Assembly (NCBI RefSeq): GCF_009914755.1
Contig: NC_060926.1
DNA from: the human T2T-CHM13v2.0 reference genome, Homo sapiens
Reading direction: 5' to 3' (one strand)
Length of the DNA stretch: 64,000 nucleotides
The notes beneath the pieces were generated by a model, which searched no databases, was not told the DNA's origin, and saw only the letters and a program-made list of their open reading frames with translations. Position 1 is the stretch's first letter. The number at the start of each line of letters is the position of its first letter. Below are positions 30,701 through 42,560 of the stretch, piece after piece. A program made the translations under genes and the position numbers.

Positions 30701-31981
30701 CACTATTGGGAAATCTTGACTGGGAACATTTGGATGTGCAAACAGTGTTTTCTAATAGAACCAATTTCCAAACTCATTCTTCAGTTTTAGCCTGTAATGA
30801 CCAAATACATGCAAATTAAATAGCTTTCAAAAGTCTGGGTTCCTCAAAAGATTTTTTACTGAAAGACATGTGAATCAATAAGCACCTTTAAAATGCAACA
30901 GGCTTATTATAAAAGCTAGGCTAGGACATAGACTATAACCAAAGTTTAAGCCTCGAAGAATATTATTAGGTTATTTTTTGTTAATATTCCATGAGTTTTA
31001 AAACAACAGTAAACTTCACAGAGTTTTTTAAAAACAAAATAAACTGCAGATTACCAGTCTGCAAACAAGTATTCTATACCAAACTCTCAAATCAAGACAA
31101 AATTCAAGGTAACAAAAAAAATTAGAATAAAGCTAAAAATAATTAGGGCATGGTGAGAAGAGGATAAGTAACTAATTTGTTTTAGGAGCAAAATTATTTG
31201 AAGCTAAAAATAAAAATATTTCAGGAAGTGCCAACTCAATTCATTTTGCCCGGAAAAGATACCGGATATTCTTGCAAAGAGTATGGTAGCCTGGGTTGCA
31301 AAGGGGTTCGGGGAAGCAGGAGTAAAATGCTGTTTTTGTGAACCTGATACCTAAACATCCCAGTGGGGTATTGTGCCTGTTTAGACTCCAAGAAGCTGCT
31401 TTTCACATCCTTAAAAGACAGGCTGCCCAAGAGAGACAGGGTTAGAGGGGATGCTGTTTTTAATCCTGGAGTAAATAAGGCCTTCAATGTCCTACCCCTG
31501 CCCTAAGTGACCTGAGCCAGTTCTCTGCTTAGGGTCACTTAGTCACAGGAAGTTGATGCAAAAGGCCTGTGGTGGTTGTTGTTTGCCTTGTTTTGTTTTG
31601 TTTTGTTTTGCTTTATTTTGGAGAAGTAGCTGGTTGGAGATGAGCAAGGCCTAGAAGATTCCAGCACTTTCACCACCAAATACAGGTTCTCCCTGCTGTT
31701 TCATTTCTTCAAGCTCCCTACCTGGAGGGGTCTTCTGCATAGCGGTACAACCTCCTGCCTTGTGTTTCCCTGAAGGGGCTCGGTGATGGAGTCAGGGATG
31801 GAGCAGGGAAGGAGGAAGGATGGCGCCAACGCCCAGCCCCCCCACACTTGCACACTCACACACTGCCATCACACACCCATCTGCTTCTGACAGAAGACAA
31901 GCTCTGACTTTTGGTCTTCTTAGGAAATAAGAAGAGTAAAAAATGTTTCTTCCGTAGTTGTGATGTTTTTCGTAGTTCAGG

Positions 31982-32023
31982 GTGTGTGTGTGTGTGTATG
32001 TATGTGTGTGTGTGTGTGTGTGT
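31982..32023. repeat. Interrupted (GT)n microsatellite
   Basis: Direct reading. Confidence 0.95.
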
Positions 32024-32319
32024 ATAAAACCATCTTGAGGCATACAGAAAAGAAAAGGAGAGAAGAAATTGGATACTTCACTTAACCTATCTGGGTCTCA
32101 GCTTGCTTATCTGTGCAATGGAAAAGTAGAACTAAATGCCTTGATTTAACACCCTTATCTACGGTGGGGAAGGAGCTGTGAAAAGTGGTCCCTAGGCAGA
32201 GTAATCACAGCCCCCTACCCAGTGGATGATGACTCCCACTGCCTAGAGCAGGACAGTCATTTACGGGATCACCTAAGGGACATTTTGAAAGAGGATGTGT
32301 TTGCCTCTGGCCTCAATTG

Positions 32320-32338
32320 TCACCGGAACGCGCGCGCG

Positions 32339-32369
<31 letters not shown>

Positions 32370-33860
32370 ATTTTCCCCACAGGGATTGTTTGCCTATGTG
32401 AACAAGTGGAAGCAGAAATCGCTCTTCCGAATTATTTAGGAAAGCCAACACGCAATTATGCAAAAGTCTAGATAAGGTTCTCCGAAGCAGAAAGCAGCAG
32501 CGCGGGACGCGGGTTTCCCCTTCTCTGGCGAGTACCAGTGCTGGGAGGCTGTTTATCTGTGTCCTGGTGCTGGGACAGGACGCAATACAATTCCAGCTCT
32601 CGGTCGGTTCTGCGGCTCTGTCCCCGGTTCTGCAGCGCACTCTCTTACTCCCTCTCTCAGTAGTGTCCCCGGCTGTCTCCTTTCCTCCGTCTCCCGGTCC
32701 TCTCCCAGCGTCACCCCTCACTACCTATACCCCCGCGCCCTACCCCCACCTGGGGCGCTGGGTTCCACGCCTCCTCAAGAGGTGTGAGCGCCCGCGCTGG
32801 GCGCCCGTAGCGCGGCCCTCCTGTGTCCCCACTTCCACCCGGCGGCCGCTGGAAGCCGGGAGAAGGAACGGCACCAATCCCCTCACGCTTCTCCCAGGAC
32901 GTCTGATCCCATTAGCGCACCTGAAATCACAACCTTGGCCACAAATGCGCGCTTGTTGCGACCCCTCCGAGTGGGCCGCCGTGCCGCAGGAGCCACTCTG
33001 GGGCCGGGGTCCCCAACCTCTCCCCCCTGCAAGTCCTAAAAGGAATCGTAGAGCAATTGATCTCGGAGGAGATGAGCGCACCCCGGGGCTCATTGCTGCC
33101 CCTGAGGAAGAGCCGTCCAGGAACGGAGGCGAGAAGCTTCCAGAATTAGGCCAAGAGGCAGGTGGCGGGGTGATCCGGCGTCCCCGAGTCCAGCTGGGGA
33201 GAAAGGCGCCCTCGGATGCTCAGCCCCAAAGCAGCAGAAGACAGAAGCCGGTGCGCCATCGTCGCTGCGCCCCAGTCCGCGGGTCCTCGCGCTCCTGCTC
33301 CGGCTCCCGGGCTGCCACCCACCGCTGCCCAAGCCTGACCAACTCCCAACTCCCTCCGGCACAGGCTGAGGCGACCCCCAAAGAGAAAAATAGGATCGCA
33401 GTCAAAACTGGCGGGGATGGGGCACACTGGTGGGAGAGGGGACCTTTTCACCTTTTGCTCTTCCCAGGGGACACAGTCCCCCAAACCTACGTCCCTGCGC
33501 CAAACCAGGTGCGAGCAAACTCCGCGGACCCCGCAGCTGGAAGTGCATCCTGCCGGGACCCCCACCCGACCCAGGGAGTCAGCGCGCCCCAGGGTGCAGG
33601 CAGGCACAGGGCTCTGGGTGGCTCAGGGCACGGGGACCGGATCGCGCTGCAGAACACCGCCGGGACCCGGCACCCGGACGCGCAAGGGCGACAGGGCAGC
33701 CCTGCTGTAAGGACTGTGCCATGAGAGGATCTCATTCGGTAAACAGTGGCCCTCCCAGAAGTGGCCGCCGACCTGCCAGTCAATGAAGTTATCCTCCGGG
33801 AGCTGGGAAGAAGGGGCGCCTCGCGGGGCTGTGGGCTCGGTTGCGAACCGATGTGTTTGT
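32320..33860. promoter_or_regulatory. Upstream CpG island ~10 kb 5' of the MEIS1 ATG
   Basis: Abrupt rise in GC and CpG density over ~1.5 kb of non-repeat DNA. Confidence 0.9.
32329..32370. repeat. Compound (CG)9(CA)12 microsatellite
   Basis: Direct reading. Confidence 0.95.
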
Positions 33861-34513
33861 GGCTTATAAGTTTATTTCTCCCACTAGTTACCAGTGTTCA
33901 AATTGGCCCTTTCTCGCATAAATCGCCTGGAAAAAAAAAATGATGTTTAGCTAGCATAGCCATATTCTGACGTTAATTTTTTTAAAAGGACAAAGAAAGA
34001 TGATATTTGTTTTTCATTTTTAAATAAGGGCACAGAAAAGCACGTTTTCAGATATTCACAAGTGAATAACTACTCAGCAGGCGTCCTTCAGCTTCCTCTT
34101 GTTCTTTGCTCCTTTATGTTTTTGACGCTGCTAGAATTCTTTCTGCGCCGCAGGAAGCCTTCGATGTTTTCCTTATTCATTAGATAGCTCAATGAAATGT
34201 TAAAATATTTATTTTTGAATAATCAGTAAGATTTTTGCCTGAAGGTTTTCACAAAATATGCCCCTTTATCCAGTCGAACATGGATGCTAAGCATGGCCAG
34301 TGTGACTCATCCTGTTGCTTCAAAGGTAAATGTTTGCTATTAGTGACTAGAGCACGTTCGCCAGACCTCTTCCAGCACTCAGTACTTCAACTATTAGTTT
34401 AGAATATATCAAACGTGTATGCACTTGTGATTAGTTCCTGGAAGAATTTTCTACATTTTCAAGCTATTGTTATGAGGATTTTTTTTTCTTTTTGGTTGGT
34501 TTTCTGATCTAGA

Positions 34514-34553
34514 CCAAACAGCATCTCAAAAAATGACTCCAAACAGCATCTCA
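34514..34553. repeat. 15-bp direct repeat, period 25
   Basis: CCAAACAGCATCTCA at 34514-34528 and 34539-34553. Confidence 0.9.
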
Positions 34554-37500
34554 TAAAATAATAACCTTTCACAGTTCAGTGGTTTATACTAAAGTTTAAA
34601 AGACACCCACCACCAACACCTCCATTTATATAGAACAACTGAGGCTCTAATACAGCAGTGCAAGCAATCTCGCTGCTTTAAGTAGCCAATGTCAGTTCAG
34701 ATTCTCTTGATGTATCTATATTTAATCCAATATTTTAAAGTCATTCTGACATAGTGCCACATCGAAATGTATATTGAAGTAGATCATTGAAATATATTTA
34801 TGCACAATAAAATGTCCTAAAGCTGTCTCCTTTTCACTATTAGGTTTTTATTAAAAGACGCCCTAATACCTAGTCAAGTGCTGGCAGGTTTTATTAAAAT
34901 GCGATAAGGAGTTTTAACTTCAGAAAAGCACATGAACAATTTTAAAAGTGCTTGCACCAAAGTCTATGTCTCTTGGACAAAATCAGCTTGACTTCTCCAT
35001 GTATGTGTATGTGTGTGTGTGTGTGTCTATACACACATAGATACATATACAGATATATATTTGGGGGGCATTGGGCTTATTTGTTTCTTAAATCACAAAA
35101 TCACTTCTCTATGGTAACAGTGGTTACTTCAGAAACTGTCACTGTCGAACAGAGGTCAAAGTTAGCTTCATGCTTTTTTTTTTTTTTTTTTACAAAGCTT
35201 CCACAATGCTAGAGATCTATAAATGTTTTCTTTTTTAAATCACAACCAAAATGTGCACAATGTTTCTTAATGTTTAAGAGAACATCAAATGGTCTCTGCC
35301 ATATGAAGTTGTCTGACTGTGAATTTCACCCACACTTTCTAACACTTGTGCTCTCCAAGTGAAAACACTGAAGTTTTACATTTTCATCCCAAATTGCCAA
35401 AAGGGAACTGCACTAAAACTTTTATAATTACCAGTGTCATTTCCCCTCTCCTAAAGGGTTTTTTTTTCTTGATTACCAATGTCACTTTCCAAATTCCAAG
35501 AACTGATTTGTACATGCTAGATTATCGAGGCAGTAGATAGATTTAACTTGACTGTCAAGCAAATTCATCCTCAGTGTCAAGCAACCACTACTGTTTTTTG
35601 TTTTTTGTTTTTGTTTTTGTTTTCAGAGTTGTTGAATCTGTCCTATCTTCCTTTCTTTTCCCAGGCTGTCTTCCCAAGTTTAGGCATATGGGTACACACA
35701 CATGCACAGCTGTATTCAATGTAGGTTTTAGCCTTGTGCCTTAATCAAGTGTTTGAGCTATACACCTATGATTGATATCATATCCTATCTTTGGATTTGA
35801 AAAACATGGTTAGACCCCAAGACCTGTCCTATGAGTCTAAGTTGGGTACTGTGGTTTTCTCTTGTTAGTTACCAGCACCAAATCATACCCCCAACCACCA
35901 CCTCCCACCCCCGTAAAACAAGATTAAAGTTTGTCATCAAGGCTGCAGTTTTTCTATTGTCCAGTAGACGGCACAAAAGATCAAGCCTTCAAATGCTAAA
36001 CAATTCACCAAGGCTGCTGTGGTTTGAAGTGTACGTGTGTGATCTTCTTTAAAATAGCTAACCAGCCAGCATTGTATCTGTGAAGCAGTGAAGTACCTGA
36101 AAACTTAAGATAACTCACTAAAAGTTTTGAAACGTAATGATATAAAAAGGTTTTGCATATGTCAACAAAATGTTGCTTCAGAAAATACACTTTTAAATAA
36201 CTTCAGAGAAAAATGTTATTTAGAAATTTATCATTTAAAAGTTATCTTTATAGAAATTAAAGTGAGAGAAATTACAGGGCATTTTATTTTTAATTAAAAA
36301 TAAAGAAAGTATTTGCACCGTGAGACTTGAAGATTCTATAGCGGAACTTTGCATGATGCATCTATGTTTTTTACTACATTTAACATACAACTCAGTCCAC
36401 AAAATTGAAGGTTGTATTTCAAATGCACTTACACATAAATGCATATATAATAGGTACTTGGGAAGGGGAATAAATTCTCTTGATGAAGTTTTGTGGGATA
36501 GCTTTTGGGGGATATTGGAGAATGAGGCCAGTAGAAACAACAGTTGGGACTTTGCCTCTTTCAGAGCAATGCATGACTTTGGCTAATATTTATATTTTAC
36601 TAAAAGGCTTCTATTTCCTTTTCATTCTGCAGACACTCCTTATGTAGCAGTTTGGGGGGGAGGGTAAAGTGTGGGCTAATAACTCATTTCCCAGTTAATT
36701 TTATTAAGAATTTATAGCACTGTTTAGAAAGTTTTAAGACAACCATAAATTTTATTAGGAATACTTTATTAAGCCCTCCATTTAATTAATAAAAGACCTC
36801 TATAACTTCTGAAAATGTCAGAGCTAGTAATTATGTTAACCAGTGTAGTTTTTTCCCCCCTAGAGACCAAAGCATTTTAATGATTTGAAATAGAATAGTA
36901 AGGAAAGCACCTCCCTCTCACCCCCCATTTTTTTTCCCTAATTTTTGCATCATCCAGTCAGAATATAGTAACTTAGGTATTTTCCCTGCAACCCTTGGAG
37001 AGCCTAAGCTGACCTCTAATTGACTTCTGAACTGGACCCAGACATTCTTTGTTTTCTGAAGCAAAATGCAGTAAACAAATCTTTCAGTCCTTATAGCCTG
37101 TAATGCTTTAGAGCACTTGATTAACATCCTCCCTAATCCTCTCAGTTAACCCCCTTTGATATCACCTAACCAGGTTTCCCCCTTTAATAGATCTCTCAAT
37201 AGTTTATTTCACTTTTCTCACAGCCATTCATTAGCTTTGACTTCTTGGTGCCTTTCTCATATCACCTCCAGGCTCTTATCTCCAGCATTCCTCTATTATC
37301 TGTACTAGATTTCGAATCTATTTTCTTTAAACTATCTTTCCCTCCCTCCTCTTATTTCTGTTTTTTTGAAATGTCAATGCTAGTGAGGGGGAGAGATGCA
37401 GAGGATGAATGTTTTTGAAATACAAACGCCAAGCCTCCACACCACAGGACAACCTAAAAACCAATCACAGCATTTTAAGGGACATCTTAAAGTTTGGTGG

Positions 37501-38620
37501 CAAATGATAAACCCTTATCATTTTGTGAACACAGCTGCCAAACTCGATTGATTAACAGGCTTTTGTTTATCCTGGGCTGGCAAATACACACACGTTTTAC
37601 CTTAAGAGGTGCCTCTTTAGTTTCTAAGGGTTTTGGAGCTGACTCATCAGTGTGACCTTTTGGGACAAAAGCCTAATTTAGGATATAGATCTTTCCAGAA
37701 GCACAATTCCTTATAGAACATAAAGTCAGGGGAGTTCTCCGAGACGACTTTACCAGCAGCTCAGAGGAGCACTGAGGGCTTGAAATGCCTCCATACAGGA
37801 GGGTGTAAACAATAGAGACCAAGGGCCCAGTCTGCCTCCTTTTGTCACCGTTCTCTATCTCTGGAAAGATGCTCTGAGATAAGAAGGATGAGAAGAGAAC
37901 GGAAGGCCTGAATCGCAAGAGCTAGGGCCAAGTGCCAGAAGTTTTCACCAGGCCAAGTTTTTGCAAAATAAAAGTGCTATTGCCTTAAAAAAGCAAGTAT
38001 CTGAAATAAGTTAGGAATAGGGGCTGTCAAAAAATGGGCATAAATATTGACAGTAGTTTACTAAGATACCTAGACCTGTCCCTTCATTTGTTTCCTTTTA
38101 ATAGATGATTAATTGCTGCCCTGCTAAAGGAGTTTTTTTTTTTTTATGGCTACTATATTGCAACTCTAGACATCCTCTGTGCAATTTCTCTCAGCAAGCC
38201 CCAACTGTAATAACTGTTTGCTAATTGTAAAATCCTTATCCAGAATGAGGTTTGGGCAAACAATTTGTACTACTGTAATTACATTGTAAAAGTGTTTAGT
38301 CCCTTGATTGTTCAGAATTAATTGTATAAAGGCCTAGAAGTTATATTAGGTTCACAGTTTAAAATGGAAAGACTGTGGGGGGGGAGGGGCACTTTTCAAA
38401 ACTACTGAGTTGATTTTAAGTCCGCAAACTCAAACTATCTCATTCTTTAAGGAAAATTTGTGTGTAGGTAATTTAAAGTACATTTTTATGGTAATCTGGC
38501 ACATCATGGTTAAAGCATGCAGTCGTCTAGTCTTCCTCCTGCTTTGAAGATTTTGGTTATGTTTGCAAAGGGTGACTTACCTGAACCTTCTTTTCTCATC
38601 TGTGCTAGAAAACAAAAGAA

Positions 38621-38899
38621 GGCCGGGCGCGGTGGCTCACGCCTGTAATCCCAGCACTTTGGGAGGCCGAGGCGGGCGGATCACGAGGTCAGGAGATCGA
38701 GACCATCCTGGCTAACACGGTGAAACCCCGTCTCTACTAAAAATACAAAAAATTAGCCGGGCGAGGTGGCGGGCGCCTGTAGTCCCAGCTTCTCGGGAGG
38801 CTGAGGCAGGAGAATGGCGTGAACCCCAGGGGGCGGAGCCTGCAGTGAGCCGAGATTGCGCCACTGCACTCCAGCCTGGGCGACAGCGAGACTCCGTCT

Positions 38900-38938
<39 letters not shown>
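38621..38938 (+). mobile_element. Young AluY (Ye5/Ye6-like) with A38 tail
   Basis: Near-consensus AluY with Ye diagnostics (GGGCGAGGTGG, GAACCCC.GGGGGCGGAGCCTGCAG, GCGACAGCGAGACT). 14-bp TSD AGAAAACAAAAGAA. Confidence 0.93.
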
Positions 38939-38940
<2 letters not shown>

Positions 38941-39855
38941 AAACAAAAGAAAAAGATTACCGGAAAGCAACAATACAAAATAAATCCTGTTGTCAAATAT
39001 ATATATATATATATACTGACCTTTTCCAAATTTGAAAACGTGGCCGCAGAGTTGTGGTAAATCCAAGCCCCGTTACCTCTTTGCCGAAGAACCCCTGAGG
39101 CTGTTAAAGACCACAGTCCTCTAAGCGTATTTCGCAATAAATTTCTCTCAGTTAAATTATACTTACACAATTTCCCTCGCAGTTCATTTAAGGATCATAA
39201 ACGTAGGTGTGCCCTGTCGGTGTTTGGTTTGACCCCCACCTCCCACCCACGCATCTCCCTCCTACCCCCGAGTCGCGCAGATGCCTGGCGGGCCTGATGC
39301 GGGGACGATGATCACACCCCCGCGAGCAGCCGTCGGAAGGCGCTCAGGTATACCCCGAAGTCGGCTGGGGTTCCGGGAAGGGGTCGCAGACTGCCGGCCC
39401 AGCTTAGTCCTTTCCCTAATCGGAAAAGGAGCGTGCTGCCTGGCCCAGCCAGCGCAGCCTCCCAAGGATTAAACAGAAATCGCCTTCCTGAGACGGGGAG
39501 GTTCCATCTTGGCCTGAAATTCTGCTTCCAAGTTCATGTTGTGGGGCCGGGGAGCGACGGTGAGGCGTGGGGTGGGGGGGTGGGGGGATGGGGGGAGGCC
39601 GGGAAGTGTAGGCAGAGGCATAAAGGCGCTGGTAATGCACCTGGCTGCCCACCCACTCCGTCCCCAGCTTTTACTCGCGGGCCTGTCTTAACCTCCCAAG
39701 TGATGTTTCAGGGCGTTTGTACCAGAAAACCTACACGTGTATGTGATGGAAAAAAACTAAAAGATCCTGAAACTTAAGCGTCAGAAAAAAGACAGGGAGA
39801 AACAGAGAGAAAAAGGAGAGAGGAAGCAAATGATAAGGGATCCTGGAGATGGTTT

Positions 39856-39857
<2 letters not shown>

Positions 39858-39901
<44 letters not shown>
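39858..39901. repeat. (AC)22 microsatellite
   Basis: Direct reading. Confidence 0.95.
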
Positions 39902-39906
<5 letters not shown>

Positions 39907-40569
39907 AGAGCTCTTTCAAGGCAAAGCGCTTCTGAAGGTTTTGGGAGAACGTGTGTCAGCCCTTCAGGCACACAGGGTGCCAGTACGGAGTTGGGGGCGG
40001 GGAAGGGTGCAGTGCAGGCGGCTGGGAAGGCTCATCTGCTCGGCTTTATGGAAACGCTCCACTGTTGGGGGCAACCAACCCCGCGTTGACTCCTGCGAAG
40101 TGCTAAAGGAAGCGATAGATGTCGCCTAAGGAGACTACGGACGCTCGGTGGAACCTCATTCCAGACCTATGTTCTCATGCTCGCCCTGTGTCTCCTGCTC
40201 CTCGGAAGCCCACTCTATAGAATCTTCAGTCCTACCTCGCAGACGGACGCAAATTATCTTTTACTTTGCGCTTAAGAGTTGGCTTCAATACATTTTAGAG
40301 CTCCTAACCTTTCCCAAACAATCTTCGGATGAAGGGATACCCCCAATCTTTCTCAAAACTCTTTCCCTACCTACACCCCCTTGAGGGTGAGGGTTCAGTC
40401 CGCAGCTGGCGAGTGGGACGTGGGTGGGGGCGATGGAGGCGCGGGCGGGCTGCTTGGAGGGAGTCAGCCTTTTGGCCACCTTCAGGGCGGGAATAGGGAC
40501 TGGCAGTTCGCATTCCCCGCAGATCGAAGCTCCCTGCTGATCGATTATTTGATAATTGATTTTCCCCGC

Positions 40570-40653
40570 AGCCAATGCGCGGCGGCCTGGGCGGGGGCGC
40601 CTCCTGATTGGCCGAGCACTCCTCCACGGCTGCCTACCGAGATTTGGGTGAGC
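40570..40653. promoter_or_regulatory. Distal promoter module: CCAAT / GC box / inverted CCAAT followed by a + strand donor
   Basis: CCAAT 40572-40576, GGGCGGGGGCG ~40589-40599, CTGATTGGC 40604-40612, TGG|GTGAGC at 40647/40648. Confidence 0.6.
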
Positions 40654-42147
40654 TCATTTTCCAGTCGACCGCAGGGGGAGTTTTCTGCGAGGTTTCAGCT
40701 GGAGGGAGGGGGAAAAATCCTCTCGGAGCCGAGCGAGCTGCGAGCCCTGCTTGTGGATGTGAGGTTTCCAGCCACTGGTAGAGCTGCTGCGGCTGAGCCA
40801 TCTCGGCAGATCAGAGCCCAGCGGACAGAAATATAAATACGAAAATAACGCCACTAAATATAATCACAAGGGAGAAGCTTAGAGCGGGAGAATAAAGAGA
40901 AGGGGTGAGGGGGAATTAAAGCCCAGGCAATAGGTGTTAAAGTTAAAAACAAAACAAAACAAAAAACAGTGGTTGGTTGGAGCCTCCGAGTTGTAGGTAC
41001 AGGCAGCTTTTGTCTGAAATCTCAGCTTCCGAAGCGGATTTCTTTTTCTCTGGCACTGGGAGGTTTCGCCGAGCCGGGTTGGGGACGGGAAAGAGGAGCG
41101 CGGGGAAGGATGTCTGGGGTGGTGAGGGCAGGGCTTCGCTGGAGAAAGAGCTAGTGGGGCGCGAGGTTCTTACAGGCCCGGGAGAGGTCGAGGCTGGAGC
41201 CCCTCGGCGCCTCTAAGACAAAGGCAGCGGTGGCTGCAGCCGGAGCCTAGCACTCCGGCAGCGTCGCGCCGCGCCGCGCCGCGCCCTGGGCGCACGGCCG
41301 CCTCACCCCGAGCGGGTCGGAGAAAGAGCCTCCCTCCCAGCGGCTCCCCGGCCCCGGCTCCGCCCGCGAGGTCTGGGCTGCTGCGAGCCCGCGCCGGGTT
41401 TCGCTTTCCGACGATCATAAATAGCTTGGTGTTTGTAAACAGGCGCTGGGGGCACATTCCCCGCGCTCAGCTCATTGTTCCCTCCCTTCCTCTCTACTTC
41501 GCGCAGGACGCCTGGGCTGGGGCTGGGAGCCGCCGGGGCTAGGAGGTGGGGGAGTCCAGACCCGAAGTGACAAAATGCTAGCATTTTCTTTCCCCCGGCC
41601 GGGCGTCCACCTCTAACAGCAAAGAAACCTCTAAGCTGGGTCTGCAGAAAGCCCGAGCCACCTCAACCCCATGTTCTCAGGACTCCTTAGCAGAGGCTTT
41701 CCCAACCTGGCTTCTCCCTCCTTTTCCTCCACGATCCCGCTTTGACTTTTCTCCTTGCAGTGTTTAGTTCTGAGAATTCAGTACTTTGCGCATCACCCCC
41801 TGCCCCGAAAAACACTGGCAGACCCCAATAATTTCGAGGAAAGTCATGAAGTCTATGCGCGGAGCCCTGTGCAAAATAACTCCCGCTGCTGCCTGCCCGG
41901 CGTTGATTCCCAATTTATTTCAAGAGAGTCGGCTTTGGGGAGAGAGTCTGCAGGGGGAGGGAGAGAAAAGAATACTGAAAATAAAGCTGGCGGCCGCGGG
42001 CTACTGCCTGCGTTTGTGTGCGTGTGCCCTGGGTGTGTGGTGTTTGTGCCTGGGCGTGCGATTTAATGGAGCGCCTCTCTGCCTCTCCAGTGCGGCCAGA
42101 GCTCGCTTCGCGCACCCACCCCTGCCGAGGAGCCTACTTGCTGCAGC

Positions 42148-42199
42148 CCAATGCATTGTGTAAGACGCGACCTGTTATGGCCACCACTACTTCCGGGTT
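42148..42199. promoter_or_regulatory. Proximal promoter: CCAAT box and ETS (ELF/GABP-type) site
   Basis: CCAAT 42148-42152; ACTTCCGGGTT 42189-42199 equals AACCCGGAAGT on the minus strand. Confidence 0.65.
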
Positions 42200-42550
42200 C
42201 TAGCATTCTGGTCGGAATCCACCTCTCCGCCTGTGCAACACACACTTTACACACGCACGGGGACTGCAAGCGGGCAGCATCGATCGTGGCTCCTTTAAGA
42301 CAAACTCAGACAGACATTTTTTTTAACCCTCCTTCTCTAATCTCCTTCCAGTGCAGCACTTGCAAAGAGGGAGAGAGAGGGAGAGAAAGAAAGAGAGAGA
42401 GAGAAGAGAGAAACTGATTAGGAATTAGGACTGATTCAAGGGAAGCGAGCGCTAGGGCTTTGTGCATTTGAATATTAACATTTGAGGTGTTCTGACCAGA
42501 AGAAGACAGAGCGGATGATCATTCATTCACCACGTTGACAACCTCGCCTG

Positions 42551-42560
42551 TGATTGACAG
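42551..42560 (+). promoter_or_regulatory. PBX-MEIS/PREP decamer TGATTGACAG
   Basis: Exact match to the established heterodimer consensus, within the MEIS1 5' leader. Confidence 0.65.

Larger units (their letters stand above)
33850..40560 (-). ncRNA. Candidate divergent spliced antisense lncRNA (MEIS1-AS3-like); extent approximate
   Basis: Minus-strand acceptor GCTAAAC...T10CCAG|G at 33926, minus-strand AATAAA at 33876-33871, candidate donor TAG|GTAGGG at 40371, and a bidirectional-type promoter at 40570-40612. An upstream antisense lncRNA is recalled for this locus. Confidence 0.5.
39230..42300. promoter_or_regulatory. MEIS1 promoter CpG-island cluster
   Basis: High CpG and GC content in blocks 39230-39700, 40380-41620 and 41820-42300. 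Confidence 0.9.

Noticed and set aside
32567-33724. 385-aa open reading frame
   Set aside because: GTG start, lies wholly in a GC-rich CpG island where stops are scarce, Pro/Arg/Gly/Ala-biased, no recognisable domain, and overlapping ORFs in many frames.
39262-42417. Numerous ORFs across the promoter islands (e.g. 40381-40836, 41786-42163)
   Set aside because: GC-rich or microsatellite-driven open frames with no homology or splice support.
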